NCBI RefSeq assembly: GCF_009914755.1
Contig: NC_060933.1
Length of the DNA stretch: 64,000 nt
Direction: 5' to 3' (one strand)
DNA from: the human T2T-CHM13v2.0 reference genome, Homo sapiens
Shown here: positions 12,761-24,977 of the stretch, in pieces
Layout of the letters: the number at the start of each line of letters is the position of its first letter
Position numbering within the stretch: position 1 is the first letter of the stretch
Notes under the pieces: model-generated
Seen by the model: only the letters and a program-made list of their open reading frames with translations
What the model was told of the DNA's origin: nothing
The model's database searches: none
Position numbers and translations under genes: made by a program

Positions 12761-15587
12761 ATGTGGAAAAGAGTCTTCCTTTTGTGTTAGGATTAATATT
12801 TGGATAGATGGCTTGGGGATTTCAAATACCGTCATAACCCAAAACAATAAAGAGTTTTTATTTTAAAATCTTCTAATTACATAGCAAAAATTTTAGTTCT
12901 CATTTTTAAATCTTTTAATTGCCTAGCAAAGATTTTAGAAATCTTCAGGACCAAATAAATCCTGGGTTAGCCTGGGATGAACATCATACTGTGAAAATGT
13001 CATGTACTATTTTAAAATCATGCAGAATTTAAAATGTTAACAGTTTTCCAGTGAAGGGATGATGGTGCTGGGAAAATGGACAAATACAGTCTTCAAAAAA
13101 ACCCAGAATGAGGGGGAAAAAAATAACATTTGGTTTGGTGACAGATCTCCTTCTGTCACCAAGAGCTCCAAAAGAAGCAGGGGTTCCAGTGTGGACCCCA
13201 GAGGCTGGCACACAGCAAGCCAGCCCTCCAGGAATCCTTGATGAATGAATGAATGAATGAATTAAAACAACTGGATTAAAGCAGATGTTTGAGGATTCTT
13301 CTTTGGTCTCCTTGGTTTCATTGTTTTTGTTTCCTGGTGACAGCCCACCCCTCATGTCCTTTACACGTATTTATAGTTTCCCTGATTCCTAATGGTGAGA
13401 AGTGCAGGAGAAAGTGGCCCAGGAAAGGCTGCCTTTTATGTGCTAGTCACTTAAAAATACTTCTCTTCAAATATGTTTAAAAATTAGGCAAATTGGAACC
13501 TTGCCCACTTTTCCTGAAAAACTAGCAAGCCAGAAAACTTTTTATTCAAATATTTATCATGAATGCTATTTGGCTAAAATGTAGACTTTGTGGCTAAACG
13601 TAACTTCGTAAATATGCATTTACAATGCTTGTTGTAAGCATTCCCAAGAGCCAAAACTAGAAAAGGCTCACATTCCCAGAAAGGGGAAGGAAATTACATT
13701 TTGGGGGACTGTTGTGTCTCAAGCACTATGCTGACCTCCTTTTACAAATGAAGATATCAAGGACATATACTGAGTGATTTATCCAGAATCTAGTGGTTAA
13801 TGGCAAATCCTAAACTTGAACTCGGGTCTGTCTGACTTCAAAGAGCATTTTCTTATGCTATCCCTTTTTGCTCTTATGTCATAAAAGGAAATCAATGAAA
13901 ATGTAAAAGCCCTAGTTAGTAAGGTGCTACAAGCAAAAGTCCTTTGGAAACCGTTACTGTGGACTTAGAGGGGAAGAAAGAGAAATCAGGATTCATAATT
14001 GACCTCTTTCTCCTCTTGCCTTAGTCCCTTAATTTTTATAGCTTTTTTAATTGAGAAAAACAAGAAGTTGCCTTCCCTGCTTGTTAAGCGTTGGCATTGT
14101 TGTCTGCGTCTTGTCCACCCCCATGTTGAGTTGTTTTCAAAGTTAACTAATTTCATGGATTTCATTGTTATAGATAGATCAGTGTATTGTTTCTCCTGTT
14201 TTAAAAGAGGTTTTTCCCTGAGTTCTTCTCCTCCTGAATGCTACCTATCTCTTACAGGATGTTGTTGGGACATTATTCAGTCTCAGTGTCTAAGGCCTGG
14301 TACGCTGAGGCTCTTTACATTTGTCACAGTCGATAATGATGTTCCCATCTGCCAGGCACATGGAATTGGTGGCATTCAGCAAATCTTTGTTCCAGTCTGG
14401 TCCCAAAGACTATTTTGGAATTGTCTTGTAAATTATCTCTTTCCTCTCCTGTGTCCTCATCATCTAGCTGTGTCCTCATCATCTAGCTGTGCCCTACTGT
14501 GGCAGCTAGGGAAGTCGGCCTCGGAATCTAATTAATGATGTCTGTCTTCCCTCTTCAACTCAACTGTGAGCCTCTGGAGGCCAGAACCAGGTCTCATTCA
14601 TCTTGTATGTCCCCTCCCCAGGCCTCCAACAAGGGGAGCATAACACCTTACATAGAAGGCGTAGCCCATGGCAATTTTTTGACTTTAGCCCTGCACCAGC
14701 TTGTCATGCCTGAACATTCTATGCATGCAACTGGAGAGGTTCTGAAAATCGATTCATGATGAAGGTAAATTTTGTGCTGCCATTGATCTGAGAACCCAAA
14801 ATGGAAAAATCATTAAAGACTTTTCTTAGTGTAGATTTTTGTTCCCCTCCAATGATACTTTGAAGAAAGCTTGGATTCCCACATTATTCTGACCACATTT
14901 TACATGAATAAAAACCAGCCATAGTTAACACTTTTAAAGAGCTTTTAGGGGTTAGTCATCTAGGTTTTTCTCAGATAATCCCAGCCTTGATACATAGGCT
15001 GTGGTCAGCTTCAAAAACAGTAGTAACACTAACAGTAATAATATTATCTTCCATTTAAACTAGAGTTAAGGATCAGATGGCTGTCATCTGGCCTAAGCCG
15101 GGACAGCCTGCAACACCCTGGTTGATGGGATCGTGGCAAAGAAGGTTGTATTGTGTCTCACTGCTAGTGGTCGGCATGCTTGCAGAACTTCTTCACCTGC
15201 AGAAGTATTTGAAACTTGGGTTGTTATGAGAGTTACACCTTTGAATTCAACTACAAAAAAAATGTGTTTTGGATATTTACTCTATACTCTAGCCTTCATT
15301 TTACTTTTGGTCTCCTGCGTACTATAGCTCATGTTTCTTCACAAGTTTGGTAATGAAGGTCCGGTGTACAAAAGTTCCGGTGAAAATGATGGAATGTGGG
15401 AGCAAAGGGCTGCTCCATCTCCAAAAGAGTCAAAACGAAGAAAAAGACCTCTTAGGCCCCGGAGTTGTTTGGTCCTGGTTGCAAAACCACAGTCACAGGA
15501 AAATGATGTTAGAAAGATCTCTCCATCAGGGAGAACCCCATTTGGTCTGCGGTTTATTATTCCATCATTTGTTTGGGCCTTTTTCAG

Positions 15588-15720
15588 GTAAGCCGTAACT
15601 TTGAGCTGGTTGGACGGGTTAACTTGGATCAGCTGGAACAGATGAAGGAGAAAATGGAGAGCTCCAGCAGCGATGATGAGGACAAGGAAGAAGAAATGAA
15701 CAGCAAGGCTGAAGACAGAG
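15588..15720 (+). CDS. ZNF462: ZNF462 internal coding exon (third from last; 133 nt; phase 0 in, phase 1 out): VSRNFELVGRVNLDQLEQMKEKMESSSSDDEDKEEEMNSKAEDR+G
   Basis: Acceptor ttttcag at 15581-15587 and donor GAG|gttagt at 15721. The frame is open and acidic, and the final G completes GAG (Glu) with the next exon. It matches the ZNF462 C-terminal sequence as I recall it. Confidence 0.93.
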
Positions 15721-16839
15721 GTTAGTCTCATCCTGCCCTCCCAATCCCAGATGGCATCTGGCATGTCCGTAGTGAGACAGAAGGGAGGCAGGAGGTTGTT
15801 GTAGGAGTAACAGAAGGAATGATCCTTCTTAGTTAAGTAGCAGAACAGACTGACTTAGAAAACACATCAAGAGCTGTGTCTTTGTAAACTATTACCAGCT
15901 ATAGAAACGCCAAGGAAAACAGACATTTTCTCCCTAATTATAGATATATGTTTGTTGAAAAATAGATGGCAGTGATTTGTTTTTAATAAGGAAAACTGGT
16001 ATCTAGGGAATCTTCAGAATAAGGACAAGCAGACAGCAAGATGGATGACACTGTAGAGCTCTAGAGGAATGAGAATGAACTTCCAGTTGAATGCATATTT
16101 AAAATTGCTGCTGGGGCACACACTGCTGGAACTGTAGGGGACGGTGGTGCAAAGAACTTGAGCCCCTACCCCCTGATGTCCCTCTGCGTGGCCCTTTTCT
16201 TAACCCCCTTTGTGCTCTGACTTGCTTTGTAAGGAGAGAGAAAGAGAGACCACCTCTTTCATTCAACTATGTATTTACAGAATACACTGGGGAAGGTTTT
16301 GTGGGACTTTGGTACTATTTTTCTAACTTCCTGTGAGTCTATAATTATTTCAAAATGAAAAAGTTTTCAAAAGTATATTTAGTTGTGGATATACATTTAT
16401 GTGATTCAGAGTTGGTTTTCTATATTGTTCAACGTAGAATATTGTGAAAAACCCCAGACTATACATACAAGAATATAGGTTGAGATATGTTACTTTAGTT
16501 ATTGCAGATTTATCAGAAGCACGTGGATAACATAAACATCAGAAATCAACATTGCAGATATTGACCCAGAGATGAGAATAGTACTAGTTGCCATTACTGA
16601 GCATCATTATGTGCTAGCCTCAGTGCTGGTCGTTTTTATATAACATTTTTCTTTAATCTCATGACTAGAGAGGACTGTACATTTAGCCTGCTTGAATTTG
16701 GTTTCCAGTTCTGCTACTTACTGTCTAGATGGCTTGGGGTAAATTATTGTATTTCCTTGTACATTCATCATCTGTGAAATAATCACAATCGTAATAATGA
16801 GAATAATATCACCTCCCTCCTAAGATTGTTGTAAAGATT

Positions 16840-18476
<1,637 letters not shown>

Positions 18477-21400
18477 TTGTTGTAAAGATTAAATGAGATA
18501 ACACAGAAGACCTTCACCCAGTTCCTAGAATATAACAATCACCTAATAAATGATAAGCCTGCAATGTAGGTGTTATTTTTGTGATTTCACAAATGGGAAA
18601 ATAAGGACCCAGGAAATTTAAGAGCATGTTCAAAGTAAAAAACAAAACAAACAAACAAACAACAACAAAAAATATAAACCCTGGAGACCAAATTCAATTC
18701 AAATTTACATCTTCTGGCTCCAAAGGCAAGCCCTCTTCTTACCCTGCACACCACTTTCCCAGTGCTTCGAGTAGTGTAATCTTCACTGAAGGGGACCTGA
18801 CCCTGAAATCTGTGGATTCAGTGGCCCTTGGGACCTTGCTGTAAGGAGCAGTTTTGCAGAATTTCTTTGTGTTTTCTGCTTGTTCTGTCTGCAAACATTA
18901 AGGAAGCCTATTGGTGGGCTACTTCCCTCCAAGGTGTTCCCTGTTCCTTTTCCTGACTTGCACTCACCCTCCTACCATGATGCCAGGGCTAAAGACTATG
19001 GGTTTGCGAAGGGGGCCCCAGTTTGGCTCTTGAACCCCTGACCAAGACAGTCAGCAGGAAATGACAGCCAAGGTACACTACCCTTTCAAAAACCCTGTGC
19101 CTGTATTAACCTGAAAAATACATGGACAAATAAAACATCCTTACCATATAGGTTGATTGTTCTTATAAAGTTATTATTTTTATTAGTAGAGGCTGTATTA
19201 ATCCATTTCTTACAAGGAAAACGGTTGTGATCGGAGAAGCATGGCTTCTTTTTTTTTTCTTTTTCAAACCATTTCATGAGTATGTTCTTTACAATGATTT
19301 CTTAACATCTCTGCACTGTTACCGGAGTTTTCTGGGAGAGGATACTTTTGACAGAAAGACTCCTTATTCTTCATGACGCTCTGTGGCCTTGCCTTTTCTC
19401 CTCTGGAAATAAACTGTTTCTCATTGGATATTATTATGGCTTTTTAATCTCTAAAGCTGAGCATGTGTGATTTCAAAGGTTATAAGCATTATAAAGGCAA
19501 AATACCCTTCTAGGCTTCTGCTCCCCTATGACTCCTTATAAAAAAGAAAAGGAAAGAAAGAAAACTCGAATTTAAAACATGGTGGTTGAGATGTGTGTGG
19601 TATACCAGGCAGACCTCCTTATTTTACCCTACTTGGCAGCCCCCTTTTACTTGGCACTGTGGCATTACACTGGAGTGGTTTGGCTGGAAAGAACTTCAGG
19701 GTCTCCTCTTCTCACTGGAAAAAGTATAGTGTCCACATTCGTGAGCTTTACCACATGGGGGAACAAAAAGCCCTCAGGGTGGAGAAGCACGTATTCCTCT
19801 CAGAGGGTGGGGGATTTACATGAGTAACTTCCAGTCACATTAATGGGAATTACAAGCCTAAACCTTCCCTTCCCCCTCGCCGATCCTTGAAAGAGCAGCC
19901 TCCTTTGTCCCATCTCTCCTTTGAATAGACCAAGAATCAACTTTCCACCATCTAGGTGTATTCTTGGCAGGAAAAAGAAATACACACAATAGCCTCGGGT
20001 GTTTCTGCTAGACATCCCAGCTTCTAGGAGCAGAGGGCAGGAGGTGGCTTGCGTGCAGCTCTCAGGCTGGTGGAGAGCTCTTGGAAGTGTGGCCAGTGCC
20101 CAGTGGCCTCCTCCTTTGAGGATGGAACTTAGTATGTGCCATTGGAAAGGACAGATGACTGGTTTCCTATTTACAGATTAAGGGTAAAGAAACAAGTGTA
20201 CCAGGAACATTATTCCTCTTGTTGGCAATTTAGACTTTTATCAGACACCCTCAGTTTAGGGGGTTCACAGCCTCGCAGCCACCCCACTCCCTACCTCCTT
20301 TCTAAATGCAAGTGCCGGACTGAATATGGACACGCTGCAGGTCCTGCCTAGGAAGCTCAGGGAAGATTTGAAAGAGAAGAATCCAGGCATGAAGAAATCA
20401 AAATTAACCCAAGCAGAATCCTCCCCACCCCCCTCTCATTATGCAGTTGGGGAGGAGTCAGGAAGGCATTCTGTTGATTTCTTGCCCAAGATAATCCCTG
20501 CTAAGGAATTAATGCGCAGAGCAGATGGTGCTGTCTCATTTCCAATGAAAAGAATCAAGGAAGATAGTCTGTGCAATTATTTTTAATGGCTTGTGTGGTG
20601 ATCTTCTTAATTTGTGAGAAAATGTTTCATCTTTTGTTAAATCTGGCCCCAGTCACATAGCTGTTTGTGCTGAAGATTAAGGCATCACAGAGCCCCCCAT
20701 CCTGTTAACATCGTCCTGAGAATCTTATTAGATGGGGCATTTCAACCAGGAGGCATCTTCCTGTAATATCTTGTATGTGTGGACCAGAGTGATCAGAGTG
20801 TAAAGATGATCAACACTTCCCTGTGCGATGCCCTCACTTTGCAACACGGCTGCAGAACTGGCAAGGTCCTGCTGTTTATTACCTACATGAAGACTTGGCC
20901 CTCTGTGGTATAATGAAACACATATGGGCTAGGAACTCGGGCTAACACAATGGCCATATAATCTCTTATCTTTGAGTTTGCCAGGAGACGTGGCCTGAAA
21001 ACAGTTAAACAGCCAATCCACATTTATCAGACTTCTACCATGTGCCTAGTACCATGGAGGAAACAAAACAACTAAGTCAATATTTGATGTTTACAACAGA
21101 CCGTCCAGAAATGTCTGCATATCCCCGTATTCATGAATACCACCAATTGAGGGGTAGGTGCCAGGCAGCTGGCCAGGATCTCTCAATAGCAGGGGACATG
21201 TGTTCACATACTGGTTCCCACTCATCCAGATAAATGTTCATGGTAGATTCTTCGCTTGCAGATCTCATTCAGTGCACATAACCGCCCTGTAAGGTATTGA
21301 TTATAATGTCTATGATGGATGACCACAAGTCATGAGCCTTCAGCCTTACTTGGAACAAGTAGAAACCCTGAGGTCCACAACACATAACCTGGTCCAGGGC

Positions 21401-21838
21401 TTTCGGTAGCCTATGTTCTTTTCAGTGAACAAAGATAAACCTGTGTCAAAAAGGAAATGAATAGATGCTAGCCTGTGAGGCACTGATATAAATCATCACA
21501 CAAGGGAGAGAATAAATCGGAAAAAATAATGCTCAGATTCCTTTGGAATCTCGGGCAAGCGGCTCTTCAGTCAAGAAAGACCCAGATTTTGTGATAGAAG
21601 CATTGGGGAGGTGAGGCGAAATGAGGTCTTGGGGCCCAAGAACCAGAAACAGTTCTCGAATGCTATTCAAGGAATGCCCTAAGGGGGAAACCTAAGAAAA
21701 AGTGAGGAATCTGGAAATTGCTTTCACCACATGGCTTTATCAGTGAAGGTAGGAGAGAGGGTATCCTAATGAATGCTGACTTACCTATTCTGCTGATTCC
21801 CACAGCACACAGGTAACACTTCTGCTTTCTCTTTGCAG

Positions 21839-21962
21839 AGCTGATGAGATTTTCTGACCACGGGGCTGCTCTTAACACTGAGAAGCGTTTTCCATGTGAA
21901 TTTTGTGGACGGGCGTTTTCACAGGGCTCTGAGTGGGAAAGACATGTGCTGAGACACGGCAT
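21839..21962 (+). CDS. ZNF462: ZNF462 penultimate exon (124 nt; phase 1 in, phase 2 out), encoding the last C2H2 zinc finger CEFCGRAFSQGSEWERHVLRH
   Basis: Acceptor tctgctttctctttgcag and donor AT|gtaagt. The C-x2-C-x12-H-x3-H motif is present and the phases match both neighbouring exons. Confidence 0.96.
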
Positions 21963-23116
21963 GTAAGTTGGGCCACTTCAAGGATGCCTTTGTCCAAAGC
22001 AAGAGGTAGGGAGGGAGGGAGGGGCTCTTGTTTTGGTTCCCCTGACAGTATGTACACCCCTCTGTGTCACATTTCTGGGCCGTGGGAGGAGAGGCAATGG
22101 TGAGGAACCAAGTTTCTCCTTTTCTGTTGTTTTTTAAAATGGTCACCCAGCCGCAAGTCAAATAGGGAAAAAAATCGTCTTTATGAATGATCAGTCCTGC
22201 TCAAGCCTGTGTGCGGAAGTATAGTGTTTTCTCCAGCCAATATCCCTTTAGTCTTCATTAGCGTGACATTCTATAATAGAACGTGAATCGAGGTCAAAAG
22301 ATCTGGCTTCTGTTCCTGCCTCTCTGACTGATCATTCCCTGAGTGGCCCTGAACATTCCCATGTACTGCCTCGGGGACAGAGCCAGCTTCTGCCTGCCTC
22401 CCAGGTAGGTGAGAGCATACTTGTAAAATACTTATGAGATCCCTGAACATAAAATCAGCCCCTCAACAAGGCACGTTAGTCCACCAGATGCAGAGAGAAC
22501 CTAGGATGTGGTCTTTTCAGGAGGAAACATGGCTTGTGTGGTGATAGGAAGCCTGAAGCTTGGTCCCTGAAGCCTCAAGGGTCTAGACCTCAGAGAATAT
22601 AACCAAGCTTCCCGAGACATGGGTTCCATCTTCAGGTTTTTGTTTTTAGTTTGTTTTCGTGATTTGTTTCGGGACCTGACAAATAAATCTTTAGTACCTG
22701 AGTTACTCTTTTAGACTTCATAAATATAACCAATCTCCAAGCTTCTGGGTTCAGCCGATGACTCTGAGCATAAGACAATTCTTGCTGTTACCACTTATGA
22801 CCCAGTAGAGAAAGTGACATAAAATGATTATGCTTATCTAGAAAGAAAACATGGGATAATCAATATATAGTATAATAATGGATACTTCTGTAAGTTCAAA
22901 TCTTTAAGATACAGAAATATATGACTTAAGCAAAACATAGCAGGGATGCATCACTTGGTATTTTGTCATACACCCATGGCATTTGTTCAAAGGAAACCCC
23001 AAGGCTTTTTGAGGATCAGGAAAATAAAGACACTCGAGGGTTTTTATTATTTTTTTGTTTAAAAAGAGAAATATATATACTATACTCATCTGTCTCTTCG
23101 ATAAATGTTTTTCCAG

Positions 23117-23324
23117 GGCATTGAATGACACCAAGCAGGTGAGCAGAGAAGAAATCCTCCCAAAAGAGATCATGGAGAACAGTGTTAAAATGCCCTCCAT
23201 AGAGGAAAAGGAAGATGACGAGGCCATTGGGATAGACTTTTCCCTAAAGAATGAAACAGTAGCCATCTGTGTAGTAACTGCCGACAAATCTCTCCTGGAG
23301 AATGCAGAGGCCAAAAAAGAATGA
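23117..23324 (+). CDS. ZNF462: ZNF462 terminal exon, coding part (G + ALNDTKQVSREEILPKEIM...LLENAEAKKE*)
   Basis: Acceptor tttttccag at 23116. The leading G completes ATG from the previous exon, and the TGA stop is at 23322-23324. The C-terminus matches ZNF462 as I recall it. Confidence 0.95.
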
Positions 23325-24720
23325 GCGTTTGGTGAAATTCTTAATCAAACCTTACTTGAACAGTGATGAAAAAGTGGGAGGGCTGGCTTGGGCTGAGAAG
23401 GGAGGGACAGAAAAGAGAAGACAGAACAAAGCTGCTTTTTAGGACTGAACAATCTATTTTCAAAGCACTGGTACCTGTGTGAGTGAGTATGTAAATTAAA
23501 GTTATTTAAATGGTTGGAATATGTGGCTCCTTTTCCATCACTACATCTTTTCTTCCGGATCTTCATCATGGAAGTTTCATTTGTTGCGGAATATGGAAGC
23601 ACCTCCCAATGGTACGGTGCACCCTGTGGTGGTCTTGGACAGTATGTGGAAACAGAAGCTCCATGACGGTAGAAGACTTCTCATTGGGGAGCAACTTTTT
23701 GACGCACAACTTTTGGTGCGTTTTTCTAGTTTTAATACCTTAAGCTTTTTCAAGACCTAACTGCAGCCGCTTTGGGAAAAAAAAACAAAAAACAAAAAAC
23801 AGAAAACAAAAAAAAAAAAACTGCTTTGCATAAAACAGTCACCTGTTTCCTAGTACCTCAAACTTAACCAAGGGAACTCTCTGCATTTGTCAGTACTACC
23901 TGTCGTCGTTGTGGTTAAATGTAGAGAGAACTGCTGGGCAAGATGGTGAATGGAGAAAAAAAAAGAGTTTTAAAGAAAGGAACACAAATTGTGCTTAAAA
24001 TCCCCATGTGGGTTTTATTTCTTAAAATACTGTGATTTTTTTAATTATTTTAGTAAAAAACAAAACAAAAAAAAGAAACAGACTTTAATTATTAGATAAC
24101 TGTTTGTGAATTGTCATCCTTTATTCCAGGTAAGCTGTTTATTAGTGTTCAACTATAATTTAGAATTTGGTAGATTCATGTGAGCTAATTTTAAGGTGAT
24201 TGTGGAGTTTTGTTTGCCACATGTTTATTTTCTATCAATTTGAGTGTTACAAACACAGCACAATTCAGTTTTTCATATGAATTGTTTTTCGTGTGTGTGT
24301 TGTTATTGTTGTTTTAATTTCGGGGCAAGGGAGATTTAGTTTTTTGTGAATAGGAATGTTTTTATTTTAAACATGGAAATAACAAAGAAGTTAACTTTCT
24401 TTTTTTTTTTTTAATTTAACTAAAGAACCAAACTTTCGGCACAGCTATGCAGCTTGTGGGCCAGACGAGGAGGTCCTCCTCACCCTTTTGTTGCCTGTCA
24501 AATTCACGCATTATCCGTCTCATAAATAATTTCTGTTAGGATTGGCTGGCTTTTGTGTGTGATTTTAAAATCTGTGTTTTGTTTCTGCTGGCATTGTGTT
24601 TTGTTGGGGGTTTTCATTTATTTAGGGGACGAGGGGATGTACTAGAATCCCATCCCTTTCGTGAGAGTGGACAAGAAATAACATATCCTACAAGGAGCCT
24701 GGAGAACTACTTTCTTTCTT

Positions 24721-24753
<33 letters not shown>

Positions 24754-24912
24754 TAGCTGCCAGCTGCTCTGTCCCCCATATCAGCTTTTTCAGGAGGGAG
24801 CAGCTTAGACTAAATCTAAGCCTACATTTATAATATGTTCTGATTGTGAACAAAGGGTTTCGTTCCAAAAAATAGAAAAGAACTTTTCTTGAAGCCTAGG
24901 TTTTAGAAGCCC

Positions 24913-24977
24913 GTGTGTGTGTGTGCTTGGATGTGTGTGTGCGTGTATGAGTGTGTGTGTGCATGTGTGCACGTGTG
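24913..24977. repeat. Imperfect (TG)n tract in the 3' UTR
   Basis: gtgtgtgtgtgtgcttggatgtgtgtgtgcgtgtatgagtgtgtgtgtgcatgtgtgcacgtgtg seen directly. Confidence 0.9.

Noticed and set aside
15339-15764. 141-aa minus-strand ORF
   Set aside because: It is an antisense shadow over the real ZNF462 exon, with no recognisable domain or independent gene structure.
23055-23116. N-terminal part of the 89-aa track ORF (MFKKRNIYTILICLFDKCFSR)
   Set aside because: It is intronic sequence upstream of the acceptor at 23116. Only 23117-23324 is coding.
23136-23144. Strong donor-like CAG|GTGAGC early in the terminal exon
   Set aside because: I could not identify a downstream partner exon, and such matches are common in coding sequence.
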